Shown here one piece after another: positions 26,561 through 51,900 of a stretch of 64,000 nt of DNA (its first letter is position 1; every line of letters begins with the position of its first letter). Source of the DNA: Thalia democratica (taxonomy: Eukaryota); assembly GCA_965202585.1 (NCBI GenBank), contig OZ241826.1:64666001-64730000 (forward strand), given 5' to 3'. A program made the position numbers and the translations under genes. The notes under the pieces are model-generated. The model had not been told where the DNA came from and searched no databases. It saw only the letters and a list, made by a program, of their open reading frames with translations.

Positions 26561-27220
26561 TTAGAATAGTTCATAATGTAAAAACTGTAATAACATTTAT
26601 TACTGTTTTAAAATTATTTAAATTTGTAGTTCTTATAATAGTTTAATATCTGCAAAAACTCTATTAATTAAAAAACTTCAAGCTTGTTCAAATAATCAAT
26701 TTGGTGCTTATAAAGGATCAAGAATTATTAACATTTTAAAATAATCTATTTTGTTTTTGTTAAGCTTTTCGTTTAAACAATCCATTTTGTGTTAGTTATC
26801 TATCTTAATTATTACTTGTAATTTTTTAGTTAAGTCTTACTCTGTTTATCTTGTTTCAATTATTTTTATGAGTATTTAAGTTGTTTTTGACAAGGGAATA
26901 TGTAAATTCCGAAAGCTAGCTAAAATTGTAATAAAATCTAACAATGTGTTTTGTCTTGCACTACTACAATATAATGGTACTTGAAACATTAAAGGTTTTC
27001 CTATACTAGTATTATAAATAGTAATTACAGACGTTAAAACATCACTTAATTATAGATTAGAGTTAATCATTAAATGCAGAAAACTGTCCAGCTTATACCT
27101 GAGTTTATGTTCATACTTTATTTTTTTATTGACTATTAATGGTTTTTAATAAATTTATGTATATATATAATTTAATATTTTTTTTGTACAATTTATATTT
27201 GAGAATAAATAATTGTCGAG

Positions 27221-27725
27221 CAGTGGTCTTCAAAGTGTGCACCAGTGCACACTAGTGTACACGAAATATATTTTTGGGTACACAACATTTATTTTAGGGT
27301 GCATGAGTTGTAACTTACAAGCTTATCCTAAATTTTTAAACTTTCTCTAGATATTTTGGAGTTGATGATGGAGAGTAAAAAGAAAAATAAATTTTAGGTG
27401 TTTTAATGGTAGGTTTGTAACATATACTAGAAATTATGGAAAAAATTAGGAAGTTTAGGGGGAGCCACAAGCCGTAAAAGGGGGAGCCACAAGGCCATAA
27501 TTTAAAACTTACACTAGATATTTTGGAGTTGATAATAAAGCAAAAAAAAAAGGCTTTATGTATTTTTTGAGAAATTATGTTGTAGGGTGGAAAAAAGTTT
27601 GGAAAAACCTGCATTAGATATAAGGGGAAAATTGAAACTTTACAAGATATTCGCGCATTGGGGTACACAGAACTTCAACTTTGTATTTTAGGGTCCACAG
27701 ATTTTGAATACCTTGAAGACCACTG
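27221..27725. mobile_element. hAT-type MITE with a nested fragment of the 62147-type family
   Basis: TIRs CAGTGGTCTTCAA / TTGAAGACCACTG. The internal GGGGAGCCACAAG...AAAACTTACACTAGATATTTTGGAGTTG is the reverse complement of 62147-62495 internals. TSD not preserved. Confidence 0.65.
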
Positions 27726-29961
27726 TAAGATTTCATAACTTTAATACTGTAAACTAACAAAAACTAAATAAGTATAAAAAAGAAAAAAAATAATAATTAC
27801 ATTTTGGTACTAACCATGACAAAATTTTGGTCCTAAATCGTAATTAAATTAGTAAAATAAGCTGGTTCATTTTATTTAGTATACTTTTTTACTTTTAAAC
27901 ATTACCTAGTGCATGGAAAACTGTTGATTTTTATAAACATCTAGTATCAAGTTGTTTTTGTTATCTTTTGGATCATATTAATAGAGGTCTCTTTTCTGAC
28001 AAAACTAACTTCATAAAGAATTTTTTTAGTATTAAAAAAGTAAAGAGGTATAAAAAGTTCTGTGTAGAGCAAATCAAGTCTGTCATGCACCAAATACTAC
28101 CACATCTGCCCCAACGACTAGAAAAGTTGTCCAACCCCCTTATTGTTTATCAGAAAAAATAAAAAGAGAAAATATCACTTAGGAATGAAAAAGTGAAATT
28201 TAATTAAAACAGATATATTATATATATATATATATATAAAAGATGCATTAATATCATACAACAAAAGTATATATTGGTGTGTCGAGTAAAAATGGAGATA
28301 AATAACTATATACAATTAATCAACATGTTTTTTAAATTTAAAAAAGGTAAACATACGCAATTAAAATGTAAGCAAAGACTCTGTAACTTGATTTACAACT
28401 TAAAATTTTGGTAACATCTCAAAAAAGGTAAGTTATTAATTTTTTTTAACCTTCAGTGTTTAACACATCAATTATAATTTGTAAAATACTGATGCTTTGG
28501 ATGTAATTATCCTTGATGGTTAAATTGTTACCTATCAAAGAAAATTTTGTTTTAAATTTAGTGAGATTGTTTTTATTAACTATAGACGTTTTGTTTCTAT
28601 TAAAAAAATAAAAGTTACTCTTTTAAAGTATTAAATACGGCTGGAACATGTTTTTAAATCCGGACTCGGTAAATCACTAAGTGTTGTTCAGCATTAATTG
28701 TTTTGAAGGTCTTCCGGAATATTAATTCGTCGATCTAGTAAATCACTAAAAAAGTAATATTTTTTATCTAACTCTAAAAATACTCGAGCTGCTAGATCAT
28801 AAAATAATAAAGTACACAATAGCAAAAATAGGCTTTGCTATTGTTATTTATTTTAAAATGATGTTTAAAGTTTAATTTTTATAAAAAAAAGGTTTATGTT
28901 TTATTTCGATTTAGTTTTAGCCGAATTTTTTATTTTGTGATGTTAAAACTTGTCCGGGCGTAATATTGTTAGTCTAAATTAAATTAGTTTAGGATAAATA
29001 CTATGGTGAGCAACATATGGTACGCGATATATTTTAAAGTTATATAAACTTGTAATATACAAACATTAAAATAAAATAATTTAAAGAAAGCTTAAAAGTA
29101 TGATATAAGTTAAATTAAATGTGAACAGTGGTCATGCTGTCATATTTCATTGTTGTGTTTTTATAAATTGGTTTTAAAATAAATCAAAAAACTTCTTTTA
29201 GTTTTTATTAAAAAAAGCAAAGCGACCGAAAAGTTATTTTTTAAATCTGTTCTGTTGTGCATAAACCCCGGTAGCAATATCTAATGCTTTACTGTACCAT
29301 ATCTGGTTTACTGTTTAAAGAAATTTTCCTCCCAACACATTCTAAAAAAAATTGCTAAACTCCGTAATATTTATTAATTTTGTTTATCAAAACTGTGAGG
29401 TTTGTTATTTTGACGAGTTTTCAATAGACTAAAAACACAAATATCTTATATATTTGTACCTCTTGCACCTTAATAGTGTAATGTGAACTATCAATAAAAA
29501 ATAAAAACTAAGAATAAATATACAAAAACAACTTTTTAATGATATTTTCCTCTTCTTATTGACGAAAAAAAAGCTATGAGTTTCTGAAATTAGTTTTTTT
29601 GATCACAAATTTTTTATCTCTTTAATTTTTCTACCAAACAAAATGCTCTTATAATTTTTATTTTATGTTATTGCTGTGTATAACTAGTATTTGCTGTCTA
29701 AAAACTCTTAGTAACTATTTTAGAACTTTGGTTTATAATATGTATTAGCCTACAAGTCTACAGAAAAAGAAAGTTAAGTTTTAGTATTTTAGTGTTAAAC
29801 ATGCAAAGTATTTTTTATACTTTGTTTAAATAACAGAAAAAGGTTAGATAACAGTATTTCGAAAAAAAGTTTTTTTTATAAGCTCTTATTGAGTTAAGAT
29901 GATTAAGTTTCTTAAAATGATTCTTAGTGTGACGTAAAACATTACTTTATATGAAAGATAT

Positions 29962-30513
29962 GGGTAGGTGTCAAAAAGATACGAAGAAAAACTTTTGCAC
30001 GAAGACTTTTGTAACTTGTTTTATTTATACTTTATTTTATTAGTTAGTTAGTTCATTATTGTTTTTTTTATTATCATTGTTACCTTTAACCCTTACCCTT
30101 GGTCGATAGCTTTTTTTTACTAGTTTTTTGTTTTACTTTATTTGTGTGAGGTCGTTTCTCTTAAAAACAACTCATCAGATACAATTTTTTATTCTTTTTT
30201 ATTTATTTTTATGCTTCTAACGTTATACAAATAAAGTAAAACATAAAAACTAGTTTAAATTTTATCTACTTTCAAAGGATCATGTTTATAAATATTTCTG
30301 TTTTATCTGCTTAAACAAACAAATGCTTTTTTTTTCTTTTTATAATTATCTATTTATTATTCTTTTTTTTTTTTTACTATCATTGTTATCCCTAACCCTT
30401 ACCTGTCCATGGTCGGTAGTTTTTGATTATTAGCATTAATTTTTTGTTTTTTTTTCTTATGAAAAAATTACCTTTCATGCAAAAGTGTCTTTGTGAAAAA
30501 CTAACCCATCTCC
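29962..30513. mobile_element. Non-autonomous element with GCACGA subrepeats and telomere-like CCCTAACCCTTA motifs (Helentron/HINE-like; family also at 32200-32330, 46388-47954, 57199-57470, 61129-61840)
   Basis: Asymmetric ends GGGTAG(C/G)TGTCAA and TGACCCGTTCC, repeated TTTTGCACGA(A/G) subterminal motifs and internal TGTTACCCCTAACCCTTACCC units are shared by five copies. The superfamily label is inference. Confidence 0.5.
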
Positions 30514-33500
30514 AAAATATCTAGCTGCTGAATAGAAAAAAACAAGTTTTTGAAGTATTTTAAAAGCATTGAAACTATAAAACTAAGTAATTTATTAAAT
30601 AAAAGCCCGTAGATTCAAACTTAACTTCAGTAATTGTAGTGGTGTTTAGAAAATGTTGTCAAGTAAACTCGATAAGAGTTTTTTTTTATGGTTATGTGTG
30701 GCGTTATAGTTTAGTTGTCTTAGTTATATAAAAAACTAAAAAATTGCAGGTTGTAAATCGAAACCTAAATATACAAAAATATATGCAACAAAATTTCAGT
30801 GAATATAGTACATTGTCTAGTAATTGGTTATATTTTACTTTTGATGCGTAATGGTTCATTAAATAAAATATAAGCTGTTAAACTTAAATGGATTTTTTGT
30901 TTTTTCTTTGTTTTCAAGATATTTACAGTAATTTGTTATACGCGTTATTTTACCTAAATTTTTCAATTTTCTTTTAATTATATTTTTTCCAGTTTTTTAT
31001 TATTCTTGTAATAAACTTGAGTACAAACCAAAATAAGTTATATCAAAAATAAAATTACTTTTGGTTTTGTTTAAACAAAAGTAAGTTATCATAAATATAT
31101 TTTAAATTATTTTTCAATTAACTTACACGTAAAGTTTTTAGTTTGCATTAAAACAAATTTGCGTCTACAAACTCCATAAATTTTTTCTTAATTTTTTTAT
31201 AAACTAAGATAACCTGAAAAAGTTTTAAAACAATCAAAATTTTCAAAAATAACCTACATCTTTTTTTCTACTTCACAAAAATTCAATATTTAACGTTTAT
31301 TATTTACGGTATATATCATCTATAATAACACAGCCTACTAAAAACAAACAATAAATTATTTTACATTCACTTTTTTGAATAATAACCGTTTAAAAAACAA
31401 ATTAAAAGTTATAAAACTGATCCTTAACAATGTCTCAATATTTTGATTGTTTTGACAACAAGACAACTTCCAAGGAATATAAAGTTTTGGACAATCATCT
31501 TGCTTTGCTTATACCATTACGATTTAAAGATTAGACATTAGAGTCAGTCCTAAAGTAAACATTATTTATTAAGTTCGGTGAAAACTTTTCTGCGATAGTC
31601 TGGTGGAAATGTTATTTGATAATAAAGAAGTGACATGCTGATGCATTTTATTTTGTTCCAGTTGTCTAGTATTTTTTGAAAACAATTGTAATTTGGAGTT
31701 CTAGAGTCTAGATAGTTTGATTTCAAAAGAAGAGAAAACACGATCAATGCTAAATCGCACATGTAGTGACGAAAAGCAAGCCACCAAAAACTTCTGTGTA
31801 AAAATTTATATATAAAAAAAAACAACTCCATTTTTTGTTTAGTGTTAGAGTCTGTTGTATCGAATACCATTACCAAAACTTTGTCTATGAATTTATAGGT
31901 TTAGTTATTTCTTTATTGCTTTCTTAATTGCACTTAGGGCTTCTGTGCAAATTTTTCCTTTTTTTCGTTGTTATTAATGATATTCCTAGTAATTTAATTT
32001 ATTTACAACCAGGTACAAATAATGCAATCCGTTTCTTATGGTTATAAACAGTTTTTATAGTTTAAAATATTCAAGTAGACATACAAGATTTTTAGGTCAT
32101 TTTTATTAAAATACTTTTTTTTTTAATTTTAATGTTTTTTGTTAATTTATCTTTAATTTACTTTTTTTCTGTATGTTTTATTTTTTGTATTCTGCTTTTT
32201 TTTACTCTGGTGCAAAATGTAACTCGTGCAAAATATTTTCTTCTTGCAATTTAGTGCCCTCGTGCACATTTGTCCTCGTGCAATTTAGTAACCTCGTGCA
32301 TTTTGTCTTCGTGCAATTTTGACCCGTTCCCCTTAATTTTAAATATAAGTAAAGAAGATCGGTTTTGGTGTAGGTATATTTCAATTTTTCTTTAAGAATT
32401 ATCTAACAAAAAATTACTAATTGTTGTAGTACGACAAATTAAGCCTTACTACAAAATACATTTTTACTTTTAACCTGTATTTTCTTGAAAGTTCATTGCA
32501 TCCTTTCTTTTTAGCAAATAAAAAAAAAAAGTCTTTATAATTCGTTATATTAGTTTTTTAGCCAAAGCCATAGAAAGGTTTTTTTTCCAAAGCAGCGTGT
32601 TCCGTTTATATAATGGTAATCAAAAATATTTTAGTTTTCTAAAATCAAAACACTTTTCAAAACATCAATGATAAATTTGTTTGACTAATCATAGGTAACT
32701 AAAATAAGTTTATGACTTTTTAGCATAATATATGGTTGTCTTTTTATATAAAAAATATAACAAGTAATTTAAAGAAACCTAAACATTTATTTCAAAATTA
32801 AAAGTTGTTTAGTGTTAGTTTTAGTACCAAGTAATTTTCAAAAACAAACCTTTTTATAAGCAGTATTTATCATCCTGGTATATATAAATCATTAAAATGG
32901 AAACATTTTCTTAAAAAAAGTTTTTTCTAAAGTTTTTATTTCTCTTAATAACAACCGAAAATTCTGTTTATTTACTCTTTAATTTTTAACTAACTATAAG
33001 AGTTTTTTTTTGTTATAACAGATTAAAACAGGTTTTAAACTAGTTAAAAAAAAAAAATCTAAGTAAATAAATAAAAGTTTAATAAATTGAAAAACTCAAA
33101 GACTTTGTATAAAGTGAAGAAAATAAATCATAAACTGATTTGAGCAAAAAACTATTTTTGTAATATTGGAAAAAAATACAAAAAATAAAAATATATTTTG
33201 TGTTTCAATTATAAAAAAATCGTCTAAAGTTATTTTTAATTAAACTAAAATAATTAGTAGGAGGACTATCTGGCGACTCAAATTTAACAAAAAATAATGT
33301 GATAAAATCATATATTTTTGTATAAAATGCATTCGTAGTAAAAAAAAATTATAAAGTTTTGAAATTGAATAGCTTAAAAACTTATACAAACTTTTAGTAA
33401 AATAGATTGTTAATCACAACAAACTTGATTTGCTGCTTCTCTTTAATTGCAAAGCGTTTTTAAAAATAAGGAATTTTGCAAATCTCGCGAGACTCCCCAT

Positions 33501-33951
33501 GGTAGAAACTTTTTAAAATTTTTACTTGTTTAAAAGTTTCCCTATTTTAAAACTTTTTACCAAGTAAAGATTTTACAATTTTAACTAGTATATGGAAAAG
33601 TTGTTCATATCCATATAGTAATGACAATTCAATGAATTATGCAGAAAGTTATGTATATGAATTTTAAAAAAAATATTTACACTAAAGATTCAATAAAATA
33701 AAATAAGTGCCTCTCTTAGACTTACTATTTCCTAGGCTACAGTTTTGTAGGCTACAGTGATTGGCTGGTTGAAAAGTTACTGTACAAAAGTTGGAATAAA
33801 ATAAATTAGTTTCATTAAGATTAAATATTAGAAAGCATAGCTAAAAGCTTTTAATTCTTTATATAAATTTTAATTAGACAAGAAGTTAAATAGTATAAGG
33901 TTATGTTTTGAAAAAGTAACTATACAAGGTATTTAAGGTAAAGGTCAAATA

Positions 33952-34783
33952 CAGTATACTACAGCTTAAGTACGCACTTTTTTTGGTACGCATCACGCCT
34001 TAAGTACGCACTTATCCAGAAAGACAAAGTAAAGGATGTTATACTAGAACTTATAAGAAATTCCAGTTTTTTTGCCTAAATTTTCAATCATCAAGTTTTT
34101 CCAGATTATTTTATGTTTCCAGGTAGAATGGCCAACCTGCTGAGTTAGCCTGAGACTTTCACATATTTTAAACTAGGGTGAGTAATCCTGAGTAGTCTAA
34201 AGTAACCTGAGATTATGACAGTCCTGTTATTAAATGTTAATAAACTAAATACTTATGTAGTAGTTGCAGAAAAGTACAAAGAATAATGATATTTGAGCTG
34301 TAATGCTATAAAATAAATAAATATAAATGACAAAGTTAAAAAAACCTACAAATACAAAATAGTTAAGTCATATATTAATTTAAATGTACATAAATTGATG
34401 TTTTGAAAATGTTTGGTAAACACAATGTAGTTTGGTACTTTTCCTCTAACAAAACAAAATGTAGCTAAATTTTTTTTCAAATCATTGACTGACATTGACT
34501 TTCTATATTAAATGTATGTATTAATTATGTAGAAACTTTTAATAGAAAAAATAAATCATTTTAAAATTTATTAAAAAATTTTACAAATTAGAATTATGTA
34601 TTAAATGTTATTTAAAATAAAAAGACTTGTTTGTTTGGCTTAATTATTTGGTGGCTAGTTGTAAGAAAGAAAACAAACAACTAAATTTCATGTTATACTA
34701 TGTCGTCAAAAGTACGCACTACCCGTGCTAAGTACGCACTTTTTGGTCGGGTTCAATTTGCGTACTTAAGCGGTAGTGTACTG
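33952..34783. mobile_element. Tc1/mariner (pogo/Tigger-like) non-autonomous element
   Basis: TA TSD and ~25-bp TIRs CAGTATACTACAGCTTAAGTACGCA / TGCGTACTTAAGCGGTAGTGTACTG; ends 300 bp upstream of the Chk1 ATG. Confidence 0.8.
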
Positions 34784-35083
34784 TAGTTATAAAATAGATA
34801 ATACAATTGTTAGAACTGAATTAAAATAAATTCATAAAGACTTAAAACATTAAAAAATCTGACAGCAAAGTTTAAGTTATTTATATGAATAAGTTTATTG
34901 TAACATATTATAATCCAAATTGTTTTATTTTACAAGATTTCAGCTTAACAAAATATATTCAAAAGAGACACCAAATAAGTTTTTGTTAGTTAACAAAAAA
35001 TTTTAATAAACAACTATAACTTATTTTTTTATATTTAATATTATTAAACTATTAGCATTTTTCTTATAAATTTTTGTTCTGAT

Positions 35084-45159
<10,076 letters not shown>

Positions 45160-45914
45160 TTCTTTGTTGTAATAACATGATATAATATCATTTATAAATT
45201 TTTTTTAGGATAATTATCTGTAACTTTAAAGTCTGGTTTTTTAAATAAAACCTTCTTTATCTCGTTCATAATTTTTAGAAATAACTTAAGAACAATATAT
45301 TTCATTTTAACTTATTCGTTCATATAAATTAGAAAAACTTACATTTGCGAATATAGACCTCACAAAAATTATTAATGTTTAGAAAATATTTTTTATAAAT
45401 CATGTTAAGGTATTTTAAATAATAATGTCCATACTTCGTTTACATTTTTAATATGTTTTTTATATAAGCAAATTTATGTGTTAAAAGTTTTGTTTTGAAA
45501 TATACTAAAATACCTCTTTTCAGTTTAAAAATGCATATTAATTAATTTTTAAAACTTGATTTCGCTACAAATAAAGTTCGAGTAGCAATTAATTGTTTTT
45601 TTGTCAACCTGGAACATTAAAGAATTTTAATTAATTTTGTAGTAGATATAAATCTATCTGATCAAAGTATAGTTTTTGTATTATTAAAAACAATTTTAGT
45701 CTAACTAAAATTTAAATTTTACTTTAATGGATAAAAAAATCTGGAGAAAAATTTCTTAAAATCTACGACAAGCCGTACAACTATGTTCAACATAACTTTT
45801 TTTTATTTATACTTAAACGACAACAAAAAGTCAAGCTATTATGTTCATACATTTATTCTCCTAAAACAAGTAATAACTTATCATATAAATTTACTAAATA
45901 AACATTGTTCTATA

Positions 45915-48900
45915 TTAACTAGCTATTTCAAGCGACTTTTTAGCGCTGTGAAACATGTTAGTCCAAATTTGTTTGGCAGTTTCAATTTCTTGCGAGCTCT
46001 GCATTTGTTCTAGTCGTTGTTCAACAATCAGCTGGAGCTTCAATCCTTTTTCTCCATTCTCATATATTCCATCATCAAACTCGGCTATGGAATTAACCAC
46101 AGCATCAAGCTCTCTGCGATCAATTTTTTGCAAAACTTTGTACAATTTGCTGCAGAATAATATTCCACCGTTGCTGAAGTAGAAGCTGCATAGTATGTAG
46201 TTGCGCACGTGCATCAGTTTAGACATCTCCATGCCAATAAACGGTGATTTATCTTTACCGTTGTACAAAACACTGCTCTTAACTACAAGGCGACCTTGCA
46301 ACACATCTGCAAACTCCTTAACCTGTTTTTTTAAATTTAATTATTTAAATTCTTGACATATTTACCAAGTAGTAAACATATAATGAAGGAACGGGTCAAA
46401 ATTGCACGAGGTTACTAAATTACACGAAGATACTTTTGCACGAGGGGACAAAAACGCATGAAGACAATTTTGCACGAGTAAAAAAAGTCAGATAAATTAA
46501 TAAAAAAAAAAAAAAAAAAGTCACGACCGAGGGTAAGGGGTAACAATGAAAGTAAAAAACAAATTAAAATTATAATACAACCGGATTCGTACGCATCAGG
46601 CTAAATCATGCTAAGTCAGGCTAAATCAGTTTTTGAAAAAAATTGAAAAACGTCAGGCTAAATCAGTTGTTTTATTTAAAAATTTGAGAATCTTAGTTTT
46701 TCTCAATTCAAATGCTTGAAAATTTTTGATAAATAAAAATTGAGAAATCTTTTTAAGATCAAATTCAGATGTGAATTTATTTATAAATAAAGATTTAGTT
46801 GTTAAAGACAAAATCAGTCAGTATTTGTAAAAATAAATGCTTAAAACCTTTTGTTGAATCTTTAAAATTTTTTTAAAAATATTCATTATTTTGTTTTGAG
46901 TAAATTATATACGTCATAAGTATGAAAATTAATAAAAAAAATACAGTTTAAACATTACAGTTCAGTTCAACAACTTAGCTGTTTGTTTGAATTTGTTTAC
47001 ATTAGCTTTGTTTTTCAGAGCTTAGTTGGTTGAACTGTTTTAATTTCTAATTTAAAGGCTTTATACCAAATACTTTTTAGATAAAAATCTTAGCAATTCA
47101 TTCATATATTTTACTGTTTGTTTAAAGTTAATAGAGATATTCAAAACACTAAAACTTAGCTTTATGATATAACTACTAGGTTTTGTGGGAGTACAAATTT
47201 TAGGTATAAATCATTTTTCTTTACAAGAACAAAATATAAAAGGTTTTTTTTTTAATTTAAGTAAAAGCTTTTTAAGTCTGATACGACATTAACAATCACT
47301 ATATTTATTTAGAGTTTAGGATTTATATTTATGTGCCAATTTTAAGTATTAGTCAAATTACTATAATTTTTTTTTATTTTAATATTCGTGTAAGTGTTTC
47401 ATTTTAAATTTTAATAAAACACGACAATGCAAGTCGTTTTATCATAAATCTGGTTTTAATGGTTTTACTTAGTGCTTAATTAAGTTAAGCAATTGTGGTA
47501 AGTAATATATATATAATTTTTACACTAGTATTAGTAAGAGATTAGACATAACACTTAAATTAAAACTTATCACTGAATTTGTTATGTTTAGGGCATATGG
47601 GGGTCAATCACCTTTTTCACAATTTAGTCTTATTTTATTGTACTGTAACTAAACTATGAGTTGCTTTTTGCAGATTTTTAAAGCTCAAAATATTTTTGAG
47701 ATAAAGCTGGTTGAAGTCAGAGACTACAATAGTACTAATCAAGACCCCCCAATACCTACAATGACTTATAAATGGGATTTTCTTTACCTTGAAAAAATGT
47801 CAGGCTAAATTGGTCTCAGTCAGGCTAAATGAAAAAAATTCGCGCACGAACCCTGAATACAATTAACAAAAAATCAACCCTTGCAAAAGTGTCTTCGTCC
47901 AAAAGTGACCCTTCGTGCAATTTTGTCCCCTCGTACAAAACTTGACAGCTACTCATATAATGTAGATAAGTAAAGAACATTTCTAAAAATATGTATTCTA
48001 CCTTTTATTTCTTTAAACGGTTTAGCCTGTTATATTTTTATTGATGGAGAGACTTCTCTGATAATACATTATTTACAGTTGACAAAAACTTTGAGAGTGA
48101 CTAGTTTCTAGTATGACCATAAATATTGCTTGATTAAAAACAAACTTTAAACGTTTTATCTAAAAGATAGACTTTAAAAAAACAACTGAGTTGATTTAAT
48201 AACTTAAATTAATAATATACATACAATACATATAAAATAAAAACAAATTATACAGTAATCTACCTTTATTGTACCACCAATAAGAGTTATTCTTTCCATT
48301 TATAACCCAGTTGAAGTGTGTTGATTCGTTAACACACAGAAACATATGTTGGAACAATAAAGGAAGATTACTGTATAATTTGTTAAGGTTTTATATTCCA
48401 GTGAACTTGTTTCACTAGGATCTTTTGTTAACAAACACTTAAACTTATATTTTGAATAGTTACATTTCATATAATAACAAATTATACAGTATCCTTCTTT
48501 TATTACACTGACATATGTTTCTGTGTGTTAAACGAGTCAATACAATTCAACTGAGCTCTGTAAAAAATAAATACTGTAAGCAAAATACAGCAAGCATATT
48601 TTTAATGGACACATGTATATACCTACTTAAGCTTCTATTCTTTCCTTACAGTATTTATTTTTTTACAGATCTCAGATACTGTATAATTGTTATTATTATA
48701 TATTCCAGTGAACTTTTTTCGCTAAAATATTTTCTTAACAAACGCTTAAATTTATATTTTGAATAGTTACAGTTTATATATAAATTTTATTCACTTAAAC
48801 TAAGTAATTCGACTTATAAAGTGTAAGAAAGTGATTATTATAGTTATTTTTAACCAAAGGATCAGTCTTTTGTTAGTTAAGAGTCGGATTTAATACACAA

Positions 48901-51900
48901 TTGTTTTGCTACTCATCCTATGTAAATTTAATTGAAAATACAAAACTGTAGTAAGTAATTCTTAAAAATTATTAATGTTCGCTTTCAACTAATTCAACGG
49001 CATATTTTTAAGTTTGAAGTAAAAAAAAAGTAATTTAACTACAAGATAAGAAGATTTTTTTGCTGACCCTTATTCTTACCTATAAAAATTAGTATATAGG
49101 AAAAATAATAAATAAAGATAACTTTATTTTTTATATTTAGATCAAAAGTAACAAACTTGTTCGTATTATTTTCACTTAATCTAGTTTGTGAAAAATTAAC
49201 CAGCTATATTTGCTTTTAGCCAAAATGATTTATTATATACCTTGCTCAAAAAATATCATAAGTTGAAGGAAATGACAAATTTTCGCAAAAGATAAAATAT
49301 TAATCTTGACTAACTTCAAAAAATGTTAACAACAGTCAGCTTATAAGTTTAGTTATTAAAGTTTATTGAAAGAAAATTTAATCCCAAAAAATTATAATTA
49401 CCCACCTTCTTGAATAGATATTTTGTTTCAAGTTGTCTTTCTCGGCAAATTTCTTCTAAATTACAAAAATTTACTACTTGTGCCCTGACAAAAATTTGAT
49501 TGAGAATCTTATTCAAATCCTGTTTAGTTGAATGTGATTCATCTGGGTTTGGTTTTACTGCATCTTTGCGGTCGATTTTAGGATGAAGTTTTAGCAAATA
49601 TTCCTGTGCAGTCATTTCAATGTTATCTGTATTGTCCATTTGTTCAAATCTAAATATTAAAACCAGTTTAATTTTTATACTAGAGTTTATGTGCTTTATT
49701 TATTGAATAGAATAATTTTTAGTTTTAGTGTATTTTGAGAGCAATAATCAAATGTAAAGTTGAAAACTAAGTCTTCTTAATAGAAAAGAATAATACAAGT
49801 GCAAATTAACTATTCTATTCATTACCAGAAAAATTCTGACCTAGTCAAATAATTTTTAAAGCTATTTATTAAAAAAATTATTTTTTCCAACAAAACATGG
49901 TAATAAATAGATAAGTTAATTCATACTTGTTTTATTCTTTTCTATAAATTCTTTAGTCAGTAAATTAAGAAATTTTTTATTTTAGAAACAAGATAAAAAA
50001 GAAAAAACAACTCTAAAAGTTAATATTTAACTTTTACTTCTATTTTTTATTGGATCTAATATACTAAATTAAAAAATGAGTATGAGTGTAAAAAAATAAA
50101 CTTTAAATCGACCCCTGCCTTTACTACAGGGGTCAACTAATCACGGGCAGGATTCACTTAGTTACTTATCAAGTTAATTCTACAGTCTGAGACTTACCTT
50201 TTAGTTAAAATAAGCGGTGCAAATATAATTCAAATAAATTAATGTGCTACAATATTGTACTTTTTTTTCAAAATTGAACAATAAAGTTCTCAATTTATGT
50301 ACATCTAACTAGACAAAATATATTTTATTTAATAGATTATCAAAAACATTACAACGTTTCATGATTTATGAGAGATCTTAAGTTGTTACTTAAAACCAAA
50401 AACCAAGTTTTAATCATCTTTTGTATTCTGAATTTTTTTTAAATTTAAATACTGAAGAACTCTTATAAATCACATAAAAGTGTAATGTTGTGTTGATTAT
50501 AATAATCTGTTAAGTAAAATCTAAACTAATGTACTGTCTAACTAATTAACTGTAAGGCTATGGGGTTCAACACTTAATTTTTTTTTCCCAGAATTAAAAA
50601 CTAAAGTAAACACAAAAAGTTAATTCTTATTAAATATAAAATCTTAAATCAAATTTTCTTAAAAATTTTCCTAAACAAACATATAAACATGAAATTCTTC
50701 AGGGTTGATTATCTTTGAATTATGAAAAATATCTCTTTTCCTAAATTTTTAAGGCAATTAATTAAAAATTACCAATAAATGTTTTTTTGCAATATTTAGA
50801 ACTTGAACGTAGTAGATTTAAAAAAATTAACCAATTTTTTTTTTTAAAAGCTAAAAAAAAAATAAAACACTCAAAAAAATCTCTTTTATAAAAATTATAA
50901 CCATTAGTTTTTAAAAGTAATATGAAAAAAAATTAAGAACAATTTTTTAAACTAAGATATATTTTCAAATAAAGTACTCTATTAAACCTTAGTTTTTACC
51001 TTTCATAAAGAACCTATTAAACTCTACATTAACCACAAAATTACTTTTAATAATAAAAGCAAATATCAGCTCGAAGCTTAGATAATAAAGTAAAAAAACG
51101 ATGTAAATTTAACAAGTGATTTACCCCACCACTTTGGCTTTAAATTAATAACTATCTTAATAAAATTTTATTGCTGTACTTTTTTTTTAAGGCAATTTAA
51201 TTAAGGCAATGTTAGGCTTTTAGATAATCCTGACAAAGTGTAAAACAGCCTGTGATTGTCAAAAACAACCAAAAGAGTCAGAGTTTTTATAAATCTTCAA
51301 ACGAGACTGAAGGATTGGCAACTCTTCAAGTAGTAATTTTCTGTTAACTACTAAAAATTGCAATGTAATGAAAGGTTAAAAAAAGGTATATTAAAAACCT
51401 TTCTTGGTCAATACTATACTCAATCTTTTGTCTTTCTTCATCAGACTGAAGCGTATCTTCTTCAAAAAACACTAAATTTTGCCATTTTTCTGCTTTCAAG
51501 TTTTCAAGATACGTCTGTAAGTTTATCTAGTTAATAATAAAAATTAATGAATATAAAAATAATTCTCTCACTAAAAAAATATTAAAATACTTTTCAAGTA
51601 AACAAAAATAAAATTAATTTGTTTCACAGATCGGTCTCAAGAACAAAAACCAAGTTGTTATATTAAATTAATTACAAGAAAAAAAATTTTAATATAAAAC
51701 AAACGTGAAAAGATTTTTCTCTGGCTTCTCTTTGTGCATCAGTTTCCTTGATATAATTTATGGAGGGCATCTTTGAGATTTTACCTTCAGCCCTCATCTT
51801 TTCTTTATCTTTTTCACTTTTTTGCTTGGCAGCTTCATCAAGGTGATTGAGAGAAATGTTCATTTGCAGCTGCTTTGAGATGGGAGTAAGAGTGATGATG

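Noticed and set aside
30146-30185. Minus-strand CTGATGAG-TTGTTTTTAAGA-GAAAC, resembling a hammerhead core
   Set aside because: The 10.1-11.1 pair is G-A, stem II does not form, and I found no stem III partner or UH triplet; chance or badly decayed.
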